DNA of 32,827 nucleotides, from the IMG/VR virus record IMGVR_UViG_3300042196_000161, positions 1 through 32,827 of that record; one strand, 5' to 3'. Of this stretch, positions 8,236-16,549 are shown one piece after another. Position 1 is the stretch's first letter. The number at the start of each line of letters is the position of its first letter. The notes below the pieces were generated by a model, which worked only from the letters and a program-made list of their open reading frames with translations, had not been told where the DNA came from and ran no database searches. The translations under genes and the position numbers were made by a program. Source of the stretch: a virus. Lineage: Duplodnaviria; Caudoviricetes.

Positions 8236-10341
8236 CTATTCGTGAACCGCCACGCAGTTCAGGGTCCCACTGGCCGCCGCAGCGGTCAGGGCCGCGATGG
8301 TGACCTTGATCGACGCGGCCAGTTTCGTGTTGGTCGAGAGCACGTAGGGCACGTTTGTAGGGTTGTCGATCGTGCAGGTCATCGTGTAAAGCGCATCGGC
8401 GAACGTCGTGTTCCAGGTAATTGTCGAATCGCAGGTGGCCCCGATGGCGGCGGCGGTCGTGCAACTCCCCAAGCGGATGTGCTGGAAGCCAGCCGAGTTC
8501 TTGTAGATCCCCACGGGGATATTCAGGCCATTGCTGTCGATGACCATGTAATTCACAGTGGCCCGCTGTACCCTAAACGCACTGGCGGCGTTCTTCACGT
8601 CGATCACGGCATCCCTGGCGACCGTACCCGTCACTCCCGCCTGCCACAACTCTTGGGCGCCGTTGTCAACCATGCTGCCCGAGAAGGCGGCCGCCGGCGC
8701 GGTGTACCAAGCGAAACCTGTCGACCCGCCGCCCCCGACGTTGACAAACTTGGTGGCGAAGTTGCCGGAGAACAACACGTCGGTCGAAAAGGTGGTGACC
8801 CCGGAACCGTCGATCAAGACCTTATCGGTTCCCTGGTTGCGCAATCGAATTGTCGATCCAGAGTTGACTCCGTCCAGAATCAGATCAGAGTTGATCGCAG
8901 CCGTACCGGCGAAGATTTGGAGGTTGCCGTTATCGTATACACCGGCCTGGGTGGCGCCGCCTGACGTATTCCGCCAGAATAGCCCGGCGCTTCCACCAAG
9001 CACGTTCCAAAGGATCGAAGAGTTCGCGGTCACCTGTAGAGTGACGTCCAGGCGGGCCTCTCCGGTGATGTGATTTTCCAAGCCGATGTCGGTCTCAGTG
9101 GCCCATACCTGGGACCCGCTCGCGTTGTTGGTCACGCCGGCTCCCAGGAAACTGCCGATGACCCGGTTAAACGTGCCCCCTGTAGTCGAACCCGTAGCTG
9201 CCGCCAATTCAAGTGAGATCGTCCCGACCTCGGTTTCGGTCCTGATCGCCACCCAAGTATTGGCGTAGGCTTCGCTTTTGAATTCGGTCGCGTAATGCTC
9301 CGCGTCGATGAGCTCGATGAGGTTCTGATTTCCCTGTTCGAGGTGGAAGCCGATGTACCCGACCTGTGGAGATCCGGAATAGACGATCGCGCCGCCGGTG
9401 AAGGTGCAGGAGTTGAAGCCCCACCCGATATCGGTCGCGGTCATGTAGACCCCCTTGCGGAACTTGCCCTGGATCTGGTTCTGCTCCCACACCAGATAAG
9501 CTCCGAAAGTTGCGTCCGCGGCAGACCCGCCCACCAGTTTCAGCCCGACCTGCTGATTCGCACCGACCGCATAGGCGTTGTTGGTGTAGAGGCGATTATT
9601 CCGTAGGGTGACATAGAGTGACGGGTTGACCTGGATGGCCACGGCACTCGCTCCAGCCCCCGTGATGTCGATCTGGAGATTCTCGATGGTGTGCCGGTAG
9701 GTGAAGGTCGCCGCCGCCTGAACCCCAACCGTAAGAGCTGCGGCGGTGCCCGAGTACGTCAGCGTAGTCGTCGCAAACGATGGCGCAAACAAACGAACAC
9801 CATTTAGCGTGGTCCCAATCGAAATCCCGGTAGCCCCCAACGAGCAGGTTTTTCCGGGTGGGAACGCCACGGCACCCCCCGTTACGATGGCCGCGTCGAT
9901 GGCTGCCTGGATCGCCGCAGCGTCGTTGGTGGCGCCGTCGCATACCGCCCCGTACTTCGGGTCCGTGATATCGAACTGCTGATCGGCGGGATCGAACAGC
10001 ACGTAGTCGCCCAAAGTGAACGGCGTCGGAATTCCGCCGCCCGAGAACCGCACATCGAAGCGGCCGGGATCCGCGTAGAAAAACCACAGGCCCGTGGCCG
10101 CAGCGGTGAACGGATTCGCCTTCGGCGTACCCGCATTGTCGGCGAAAATGCTCGCCAGGTTGGTCGTCCCGGCCTTGTAGACGGTCACCGTGCAAGAGGG
10201 TCGGCTCGCTTGGACTGTCGGGCTGACGGACACCGAGCCGGCGGTAGCGGTGATTCCGCCCTCCTGACACCATCCTTGGAGCTTGTCGCGGCCATGCGCG
10301 AGGCCGGCAAAAACTGCGAAGACGAGTAAGAGCCGTTTCAT
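8236..10341 (-). CDS. Tailspike with pectate-lyase-like beta-helix, preceded by a signal peptide
   Basis: FDITDPKYGAVCDGATNDAAAIQAAIDAA..GGAVAFPPG beta-helix cap motif; N-terminal VTVYKAGTTNLASIFAD..NPFTA..G.WFFYA..GRFDV attachment domain; MKRLLLVFAVFAGLAHG leader. Confidence 0.8.
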   Translation of the reverse strand: MKRLLLVFAVFAGLAHGRDKLQGWCQEGGITATAGSVSVSPTVQASRPSCTVTVYKAGTTNLASIFADNAGTPKANPFTAAATGLWFFYADPGRFDVRFSGGGIPTPFTLGDYVLFDPADQQFDITDPKYGAVCDGATNDAAAIQAAIDAAIVTGGAVAFPPGKTCSLGATGISIGTTLNGVRLFAPSFATTTLTYSGTAAALTVGVQAAATFTYRHTIENLQIDITGAGASAVAIQVNPSLYVTLRNNRLYTNNAYAVGANQQVGLKLVGGSAADATFGAYLVWEQNQIQGKFRKGVYMTATDIGWGFNSCTFTGGAIVYSGSPQVGYIGFHLEQGNQNLIELIDAEHYATEFKSEAYANTWVAIRTETEVGTISLELAAATGSTTGGTFNRVIGSFLGAGVTNNASGSQVWATETDIGLENHITGEARLDVTLQVTANSSILWNVLGGSAGLFWRNTSGGATQAGVYDNGNLQIFAGTAAINSDLILDGVNSGSTIRLRNQGTDKVLIDGSGVTTFSTDVLFSGNFATKFVNVGGGGSTGFAWYTAPAAAFSGSMVDNGAQELWQAGVTGTVARDAVIDVKNAASAFRVQRATVNYMVIDSNGLNIPVGIYKNSAGFQHIRLGSCTTAAAIGATCDSTITWNTTFADALYTMTCTIDNPTNVPYVLSTNTKLAASIKVTIAALTAAAASGTLNCVAVHE

Positions 10342-10342
10342 G

Positions 10343-10792
10343 TTAGGTCCCCGAACAAGCCGCCTGCTGGCTCACCAGTTGGCCTGAGGTGTTGATGCAG
10401 ACGTAGCGGACCCCGGTCGTAGCCTTCTGGGCTTCTATGAACAAGTTAGCTGTCGCCCCGCCGCCCGCATCGCGCAGAAACAAGGACGGATTGACCTGAT
10501 AGACCAATTGGAGCGAGATCGACTTGGGATCTCCACCGGCCGGCCCTAAAATCAGGGAGGTTAACCCGGTTCCAGCAGCGTTGGTGATATTCACGAACCC
10601 ATCGGCCGTCGAAGTCAATTGGGACCGTCCCGACCACCCGATAGCCGAACTGGCTCCGGCGGTCAAGGCCCCATTAACTGTGAAGCTGCCACCGGTGATG
10701 TTGCTCAGGTTGGCGAGATTCGCCTGCTGGGCGAGAAGCGCTCCCAGACCGGCTATCAGGGCCAACGCGATGATTGAGTGATTCGCCTTCAC
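10343..10792 (-). CDS. Secreted fibre-like protein (149 aa)
   Basis: MKANHSIIALALIAGLGALLA|QQ leader; Gly/Thr-rich beta segments; two C-terminal Cys; GTGA overlap. Confidence 0.7.
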   Translation of the reverse strand: MKANHSIIALALIAGLGALLAQQANLANLSNITGGSFTVNGALTAGASSAIGWSGRSQLTSTADGFVNITNAAGTGLTSLILGPAGGDPKSISLQLVYQVNPSLFLRDAGGGATANLFIEAQKATTGVRYVCINTSGQLVSQQAACSGT

Positions 10793-10986
10793 TTCTCGCC
10801 TCCGTTCTTCTGGGTGCCTCTCAACGCTCCCAGTAGGGCGCCGAAGACGCCAACCAGGATGTCATCACCCTTCGGGAGCTTGAGCCAGACCATGGCGATG
10901 CCCAACAGCAACAAGCCGGTGAGGAGCAACACGTGGCCCCCTGGTGTGTCCAAGGTATCGAGCCAAGTCTTCCAGCCTTGCATCAT
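10789..10986 (-). CDS. Small two-TM membrane protein, holin candidate
   Basis: 65 aa, two hydrophobic stretches, basic C-terminus; coupled to both neighbours. Confidence 0.55.
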   Translation of the reverse strand: MMQGWKTWLDTLDTPGGHVLLLTGLLLLGIAMVWLKLPKGDDILVGVFGALLGALRGTQKNGGEK

Positions 10987-11669
10987 TGGATGACCCTCCT
11001 GGCGTTGTTCGTATCGGCTGCGAAGCTGAGCGTGTCCGCAAAATTTGCGAACGCATCGCCGGTCACCCCGGCTCCCGCGTCATACGACACCTGGAAGGTC
11101 CGCGTCCCGTTGCCGCCCCACCCGCCGCCGACGTTGGTAACCTGCACCTCGACCACAATACGGTCACCGACAGCCATCACCGTCGACGTCGGGGCGGCCG
11201 CCGCGATGGCCTTGTTGGCGTTGGTCGTACACTCGGCGCTGGAGGCTGACGTGTGGATCGTGGCGTCGATCCCGCCCTTGGCGCGGCTCCAGCGGTAGAC
11301 GACCATCCGGAACCCGGCGTTCATCGCCGTGGCGCTCTCCAGGCACCCGGCCTGGTAGTCAATGTTCCCGGAGATCGTCACCCCGGCCGATAGCGGAGCC
11401 GAGATGAAGCGCAGGTACTCCCCGCTCCCGGTGGCTGTCTGCTGTGTGCAGGGTGGGGCCGAGGAGGTCGGGGCGAAGGTCTTACTGACCACGCTCGAAC
11501 CTTGTGCAGTGGTCAGCGTGCGCCACGTGTAGGTGTTGGTCCCATTCACGCAGCCGATGCCGCCGCCGGCGGTAGCTGTCCGGCCGAGCACCGAAACGGC
11601 ATCGTGGAGTAGGAGTTTCGTCCCGAAGGCTGGCAGGGTGATGAGCAAGATCAGGAGCAGGCGGCGCAC
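10983..11669 (-). CDS. Secreted beta-sandwich protein (228 aa)
   Basis: MRRLLLILLITLPAFG leader; GGAG RBS; four Cys; Thr/Ser/Gly-rich. Confidence 0.7.
   Translation of the reverse strand: MRRLLLILLITLPAFGTKLLLHDAVSVLGRTATAGGGIGCVNGTNTYTWRTLTTAQGSSVVSKTFAPTSSAPPCTQQTATGSGEYLRFISAPLSAGVTISGNIDYQAGCLESATAMNAGFRMVVYRWSRAKGGIDATIHTSASSAECTTNANKAIAAAAPTSTVMAVGDRIVVEVQVTNVGGGWGGNGTRTFQVSYDAGAGVTGDAFANFADTLSFAADTNNARRVIQ
11035..11051. repeat. Dispersed 17-bp palindrome copy (16/17)
   Basis: TCCGCAAAATTTGCGAA within CDS (encodes FANFAD). Confidence 0.9.
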
Positions 11670-11670
11670 G

Positions 11671-13974
11671 TCAGTTGACTCCCTCGCACTTATAGGTCAT
11701 GGCCACTGTCACGTCGGCCAGGCCCGAGCCTGGCGTCACTGTCACCTTGAAGGCGTCGCCGGCTGCCACCGTAGCCGTGGTGGGCGCCCCGCCCGCGACC
11801 GATTGCGTGCTGGCGTTCAGGGTCACCGCCGAGCCATAGATGTTGGAGGTCGCCGTGCAGTCTCCTGCCGCCGTAGTACACCGGGCGATGTTGTAGGTCG
11901 AGCTCGACCCCGAGGTCGTGTCCACCGAGATCCGGCTGTTCGTGATCGTGCAGTTGGTGACTCCCTCAGGGATCAGGACCCGGGCGGTCTGGGTTCCGCT
12001 GACGACGACGCCCGGCAGGAACCACTGGGCAACGGCGAAGCTCCGGTGGGTGTGATCGGAGCGAGACGCCGTGGTGTCGTCGCCGGCGTTGAACGCCGCG
12101 ATGCCGGCAGATCCAGCGCTCACCAGCGACGCCTTGGCGTTGAAGGTGCTCCAATCGGCGCTGGCCAGGGCCCCCCGGTTGCTGGCGCTCGCGGTTGGCA
12201 GGTTGAAGGCAATGGAGTTGGCGGCATGGGCGATGGCGAAGTCGGTCCCGGTGGTCCCGGTCGAGAGCGTCTTGTGCTCGATTGCCGTCGCCCCGGCATC
12301 GGTCCCCAAGATCTGGTTCGCAGCCCCAAACGGCAACTGAGCCAGGGTCGCCGCGCCGCTCAGGTTCGAGAACCCGGGTTGGGTGCAGGTCGGTGCGGCG
12401 TCTCCATTGAGTGTGCTGGCCCAGGTGTTCGCCCCGCAGGCGCCCACGCCAGAAGCGGCCAGCGATGAATCCACCCATTCGGTTCCGTCAGACTTCAGGT
12501 ACTTGCCCGTGGTCGGGATCGTGTGGAGCGTCCACTTCGGCGTGGCACCGACACCCAGCATGATCCCGCCGCGAGTGACAGCGGCCGCCGTGGTATCGCT
12601 GTGGGTGGCGCTGAGGATGTCGTGGGGGCCACCCCCGCCTCCACCGTCGCCCAGCGCCACCCAGGCCGCGCCACTATCCCGGCATAGCGCCAGTGCGGAG
12701 CCCCCGCCGGCCGTGCAGTTGCCGGCGGCTGAAGCGTCGGTCACCACGGCCAACCGACCCGCCGTCCCGGCGGCGGGCAGCCCGGCAACCGTGTACCCGA
12801 CCAGGACCGGCACGTCGTTGAAGACGACCGTCGTCCCGGAGCCGGTAGTTGCCGAGACCCCCGTCAGGTCGGTGAGTGCCCACACCTCCTGCCCCTGGGC
12901 GATGTTCAACTTCGTCCCAGCGGTCAGGCCGGCATAGCCGGACGCGGCGTCTTTGTTGGCCTGCACCTCGATCGTGGCGTCGGCGTTTGGAAAGGTGAAA
13001 GTCTTAGCAGTGGTGGCGGGTCCCGTCACCTGGAAGAAGGCGTTGTTAGTGCCCCCCCGAGCCGCCGGGAACGTACCGCTGGTAATCTTCGCCGTGTCGA
13101 GACTCGGGATGTCGCCAGTCGCCAGCGTGTCCCAAGCCGGCAGCGCAGAGATAGCGCCGTTGCCCACCTGTCGGAGGAATTGCCGGGTCGTCGTAATGTT
13201 CCCAGCTACCTTGTCCCATGCAGGAGTGGCGTTGCCCGTCAACAGATCGCCCAGGACCGGCGATGCGGCTACCGTGTCGGGATGCGTGGCGCTCAACAGG
13301 TTGTGGTTCGCCCCGCCAGACCCGCACGCCGCCGCCGCGCTCTCCAGGGCGGTCCCGCCGGCGTTCACCTGGACACACCGTCCGCCCGTCCAGGTCGCCT
13401 GGTTAGTTCCTCCACCTGCCAGCCCGAGCGTCCCGGTAGTGTCGAGCGCCAAGTCCACGGATGCACAAGTCGGTGCAGCATCGCCATTCAGGGTCCGGGG
13501 GAATTGATTCGTGCAACCCCCCACGCCAGACGCCGCGCCGGTAGAATCCACCAAGTCCGTTCCGTCGCTCTTGAGATATTTCCCAACGGTTGGCAGGGTG
13601 TGCAGCGTCCACTTAGGGACCGCACCAACACCGATCATCAACGCTCCCCGGGCAACGGCTGCGGCGGTCGTGTCGCTGTGGGTGGCACTCAGGATGTTAT
13701 GGTCGCCTCCCGGCCCCCCAGTACCACCCTGCTGCTCCCACGTTCCATTTATGCAGACCCAGATATTCTGCCCAGCGGCCGCATCTGATTGTGTGTATCG
13801 CCGAGCAAGACCATTGCAAGTACCAGTTGGAGGCCCCACCGCAGCGTAGGGCGAAACCGCCGGCGTCACATTGCTCAGATTCCCGACGTTATGCTGTTGC
13901 CCCCAGCTAATCGCCAGAACAAGGAAGAAAGCCGTTGCCAACTTGGCGATCTGAATTAAGGATCTCATGTTCAT
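11671..13974 (-). CDS. Long tail-fibre-like protein with internal repeats and signal peptide (767 aa)
   Basis: Start trimmed to ATG 13974 (ATGA overlap); MNMRSLIQIAKLATAFFLVLAISWG|QQ; three HxxLSATHxDT repeats; G/A/T-rich; many Cys. Confidence 0.8.
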   Translation of the reverse strand: MNMRSLIQIAKLATAFFLVLAISWGQQHNVGNLSNVTPAVSPYAAVGPPTGTCNGLARRYTQSDAAAGQNIWVCINGTWEQQGGTGGPGGDHNILSATHSDTTAAAVARGALMIGVGAVPKWTLHTLPTVGKYLKSDGTDLVDSTGAASGVGGCTNQFPRTLNGDAAPTCASVDLALDTTGTLGLAGGGTNQATWTGGRCVQVNAGGTALESAAAACGSGGANHNLLSATHPDTVAASPVLGDLLTGNATPAWDKVAGNITTTRQFLRQVGNGAISALPAWDTLATGDIPSLDTAKITSGTFPAARGGTNNAFFQVTGPATTAKTFTFPNADATIEVQANKDAASGYAGLTAGTKLNIAQGQEVWALTDLTGVSATTGSGTTVVFNDVPVLVGYTVAGLPAAGTAGRLAVVTDASAAGNCTAGGGSALALCRDSGAAWVALGDGGGGGGPHDILSATHSDTTAAAVTRGGIMLGVGATPKWTLHTIPTTGKYLKSDGTEWVDSSLAASGVGACGANTWASTLNGDAAPTCTQPGFSNLSGAATLAQLPFGAANQILGTDAGATAIEHKTLSTGTTGTDFAIAHAANSIAFNLPTASASNRGALASADWSTFNAKASLVSAGSAGIAAFNAGDDTTASRSDHTHRSFAVAQWFLPGVVVSGTQTARVLIPEGVTNCTITNSRISVDTTSGSSSTYNIARCTTAAGDCTATSNIYGSAVTLNASTQSVAGGAPTTATVAAGDAFKVTVTPGSGLADVTVAMTYKCEGVN

Positions 13975-14684
13975 GGCAACCTTACCGTGCAAATGGAGAT
14001 CCCGACCGAGCCGCCCGTGAGGAACGTCGCATCGTAGACGGGCGCTCCTGCGAGAGCGCCGAAGGAAGTCGAATCGACCGGGATCGTAAATGTGCCGCCG
14101 CCGGTCACCGTGACTGTCCAACTGCCATTGATCGCCGTCCAGTTTCCGGTTGCTCCGGAGATCGTCACGTGCGCGCCGGTGGCCAACCCATGAGCGGCCG
14201 CAGTCAACTCCACCGGGTTGGCATTGGTGGCGGCGGTGATAGCCACCGAGACGGCCCCGAAATTCCGGGCGGTCGCTGTGAACCGGGCCAGCACGGCGCG
14301 CGCCGCCATGGTCGTCGATTTGAATAGTACCGTGTCCTGAAAAGCGGTGTCAGAAACAGCGGTCACCTCACCAATGCTGAGGGCGAGCGTGTAGGCCGTC
14401 GTGCTGCTCGAATCGCCGACGCTCACCGAGACATCGGTCATCGCTCCGGCCCCATCGGAGAACTGGGCTGAGTGCTTGACCGTCACCGCGTTTATCTTTC
14501 GCCGCGCCAGGAGTGTGAAGAGAGTGACATCCGCCGTCGCGGCCGCTGCCTTGAAGGCTGCGTTGGTCCTGGTGACCGTATACGTGGCGCAGGAAGGCAC
14601 GTTATCCGGCAGACCGTCGACAATGATCTGGGCCTTCAGCCCGAGAGCCAGCAGCAGCCCAAGCGCAAATTTTGCGGATGTCAC
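13971..14684 (-). CDS. Secreted structural protein with inserted FCCH-like beta-barrel (237 aa)
   Basis: GTG 14684 with GAGGAG RBS; MTSAKFALGLLLALGLKA|Q; AITAATNANPVELT...HGLATG..VTISG module. Confidence 0.7.
   Translation of the reverse strand: MTSAKFALGLLLALGLKAQIIVDGLPDNVPSCATYTVTRTNAAFKAAAATADVTLFTLLARRKINAVTVKHSAQFSDGAGAMTDVSVSVGDSSSTTAYTLALSIGEVTAVSDTAFQDTVLFKSTTMAARAVLARFTATARNFGAVSVAITAATNANPVELTAAAHGLATGAHVTISGATGNWTAINGSWTVTVTGGGTFTIPVDSTSFGALAGAPVYDATFLTGGSVGISICTVRLP
14662..14678. repeat. Dispersed 17-bp palindrome copy (15/17)
   Basis: AGCGCAAATTTTGCGGA in the first codons of the CDS. Confidence 0.85.
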
Positions 14685-14694
14685 GATGGTCTCC

Positions 14695-15288
14695 TCAAAA
14701 TGGGATGTAGCTCGCGTAGCATCCATCCCCGTTGTTGGCCGCATCGACGAAGAGCTCCCGAACCGAAAGCGCATTCAGCCCGCCCATGATGGCGGAACTG
14801 ACGGTCTGTCCGGCCGCGAGCTCGACCACCACACCAGCACCGGAGACTCGATCCATGTTCCTGGTGCCCACGAACAGCGTCCCGCTGTTGCCACGTAGCG
14901 CCTGGACGAAGATCGAGTTGGTTTTCTGCCCGAGGATGCCCGAGTTGGCCACAGTCCCAGCGGCCCTCAGGTCGGTGTAGTTGCCGAGCAGGTCCTTGGG
15001 CAGGCTCACTACGCCGCCCGCGACGTAGGCGACCGCGAACACCACGTCGATGACGAAGTTGTTGGCGTCGACCACCTCGACCACCGTGTGGCGACCGTTC
15101 GCTTCGACGGTTCCGGTGACGTCGCTGATAACGGGCGTGTCGCCCACAGCCAGGCCGTGGGTCGTGGATGTGATCTGCACGTTCCCGGTGTAGGGCCCCG
15201 CAACGCGCGAGATGGCGTTGGTCACGGCGGTGACGGCGATGGTGATCTTCCCGAGAGATTTAACGTTTGCGCCCAGTGGCAGGGCCAT
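14695..15288 (-). CDS. Virion structural protein with FCCH-like insert
   Basis: AAGGAG RBS; ITSTTHGLAVGD..VISDVTGTVEANG module; C-terminal VQALRGNSGTLFVG...GVVVELAAGQ jelly-roll-like motif. Confidence 0.7.
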   Translation of the reverse strand: MALPLGANVKSLGKITIAVTAVTNAISRVAGPYTGNVQITSTTHGLAVGDTPVISDVTGTVEANGRHTVVEVVDANNFVIDVVFAVAYVAGGVVSLPKDLLGNYTDLRAAGTVANSGILGQKTNSIFVQALRGNSGTLFVGTRNMDRVSGAGVVVELAAGQTVSSAIMGGLNALSVRELFVDAANNGDGCYASYIPF

Positions 15289-15300
15289 GGCTCACTCCTT

Positions 15301-15561
15301 TTACCGCATCGAATCCTTGCCGTTCATGGCGTCCCCCGGGTCCTTGGGCGGCGTCGACGGGTGGCCGGGGATGTTGACGCTGGTCACCACCGGGGGCCCC
15401 GAGCGGCTGCCCGGGGAGATTGAGCCGAACTGCTCCATCGGGGTCTGGAAGCGATTGCTCCCGCCGCCGACATCCTCCGCCGGCCGCGAGCCATTGACTG
15501 ATCCGTGCGGGTCCGGGGCCGGAAGGTCCATCGGACTCTGAAAGCGATTGGTGCCGTGCAT
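15301..15561 (-). CDS. Small Pro/Gly-rich hypothetical protein
   Basis: AAGGAG RBS; fills the gap between neighbours; duplicated NRFQ(S/T)PM motif. Confidence 0.65.
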   Translation of the reverse strand: MHGTNRFQSPMDLPAPDPHGSVNGSRPAEDVGGGSNRFQTPMEQFGSISPGSRSGPPVVTSVNIPGHPSTPPKDPGDAMNGKDSMR

Positions 15562-15573
15562 CGTGTTGTCTCC

Positions 15574-16521
15574 TTACGCCCACCGAGGTGGGTCATGTGA
15601 TTGAAGGTAGTCGGCGTCCCAACCCAGGGCCGGCTGGCCCTGTAAGACGCCGAACTGCTGGTTGTACAAATTGTCGTCTTCGACCTTGACGCGCTTCAGC
15701 CGGTCCTGATACGAACGGTTCACCTTGCCCATCAGGAACTGCCAGTTCGCATTCTGGAGACTCTGGAAGCGGTCCTTGTTGGCTTCCGCCCACTCGTAGC
15801 CCCGCCACAGCGCCCGGTCCTGGAGCAGGGCGCGGGGCATCGTCGGGGGCAGATCGACCGAGTCCGAGAGATCCGTCCCCAGGCGCTGGTAGAGCGCCAG
15901 GAACCGCCGCCGGGCGGTCGGATGTGGCCACCATTCGTACCGGGGGACGCCGCTCGCGCTGTTGACGTGCGCCGCCAGGCAGAATGGATCGCCCACCGAG
16001 CCCCGCTGCGGATCCAGCAGGTCGATCTCCTGCTTCGTGTAGTTGACCTTGATCCAGCGGCTGTTGACCGGATCGACGATCGACTTCCACACCTTGAAGT
16101 CCGTGACCGGAGCCACCTCGTAGGCTTTGTAGACCTGGTAGGCCGCGCCTGCGGCCGCAGCCTCGTAGTAGGGCTCCGAGAGGGTGATGACGCCAGTCCC
16201 GCTGTTATAGCTCGCGATCTCGTAGATCGGAGCCCCGTTGCCGCCCCTAAAGATCCGGTTGGGGAGATCCGCCGCCACAGCGTCGAGGGCGGTCTTGGCC
16301 GTGGCATCGGCGGTGACGGAAGCGGAATCCTGGGTGAGGGTGACCGACCCGGCGGCGATTACGTCGGGAACCGTGAGGGAGGCGCGGACGGTGAGGAAGC
16401 TCCAGCGATCCTTCTCCGAGCGAATGTCGGACCACGCCTGGAGCACCAACTGCTCGGCCAGCAGCGAGGAGAGCTCGGGCACCATCCCGAGCATGTATCC
16501 GACGTAGTCTCTGAAAGCCAC
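15574..16521 (-). CDS. Head-tail adaptor / tail tubular A-like protein
   Basis: N-terminal helical pair plus RWSFL motif; GDPFCLA..YEWWPHP..ALYQR..DL...DLP adaptor-type motifs; position after the capsid genes. Confidence 0.65.
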   Translation of the reverse strand: MAFRDYVGYMLGMVPELSSLLAEQLVLQAWSDIRSEKDRWSFLTVRASLTVPDVIAAGSVTLTQDSASVTADATAKTALDAVAADLPNRIFRGGNGAPIYEIASYNSGTGVITLSEPYYEAAAAGAAYQVYKAYEVAPVTDFKVWKSIVDPVNSRWIKVNYTKQEIDLLDPQRGSVGDPFCLAAHVNSASGVPRYEWWPHPTARRRFLALYQRLGTDLSDSVDLPPTMPRALLQDRALWRGYEWAEANKDRFQSLQNANWQFLMGKVNRSYQDRLKRVKVEDDNLYNQQFGVLQGQPALGWDADYLQSHDPPRWA

Positions 16522-16530
16522 ATTCTTCCA

Positions 16531-16547
16531 TCCGCAAAATTTGCGGA
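16531..16547. repeat. Dispersed 17-bp palindrome copy (perfect)
   Basis: TCCGCAAAATTTGCGGA occupying most of a 28-bp intergenic gap. Confidence 0.95.
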
Positions 16548-16549
16548 CC

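Noticed and set aside
12383-13701. Diversity-generating retroelement template/variable repeat pair
   Set aside because: Both copies are in-frame within one gene, differences are not adenine-specific, and no reverse transcriptase is in the window.
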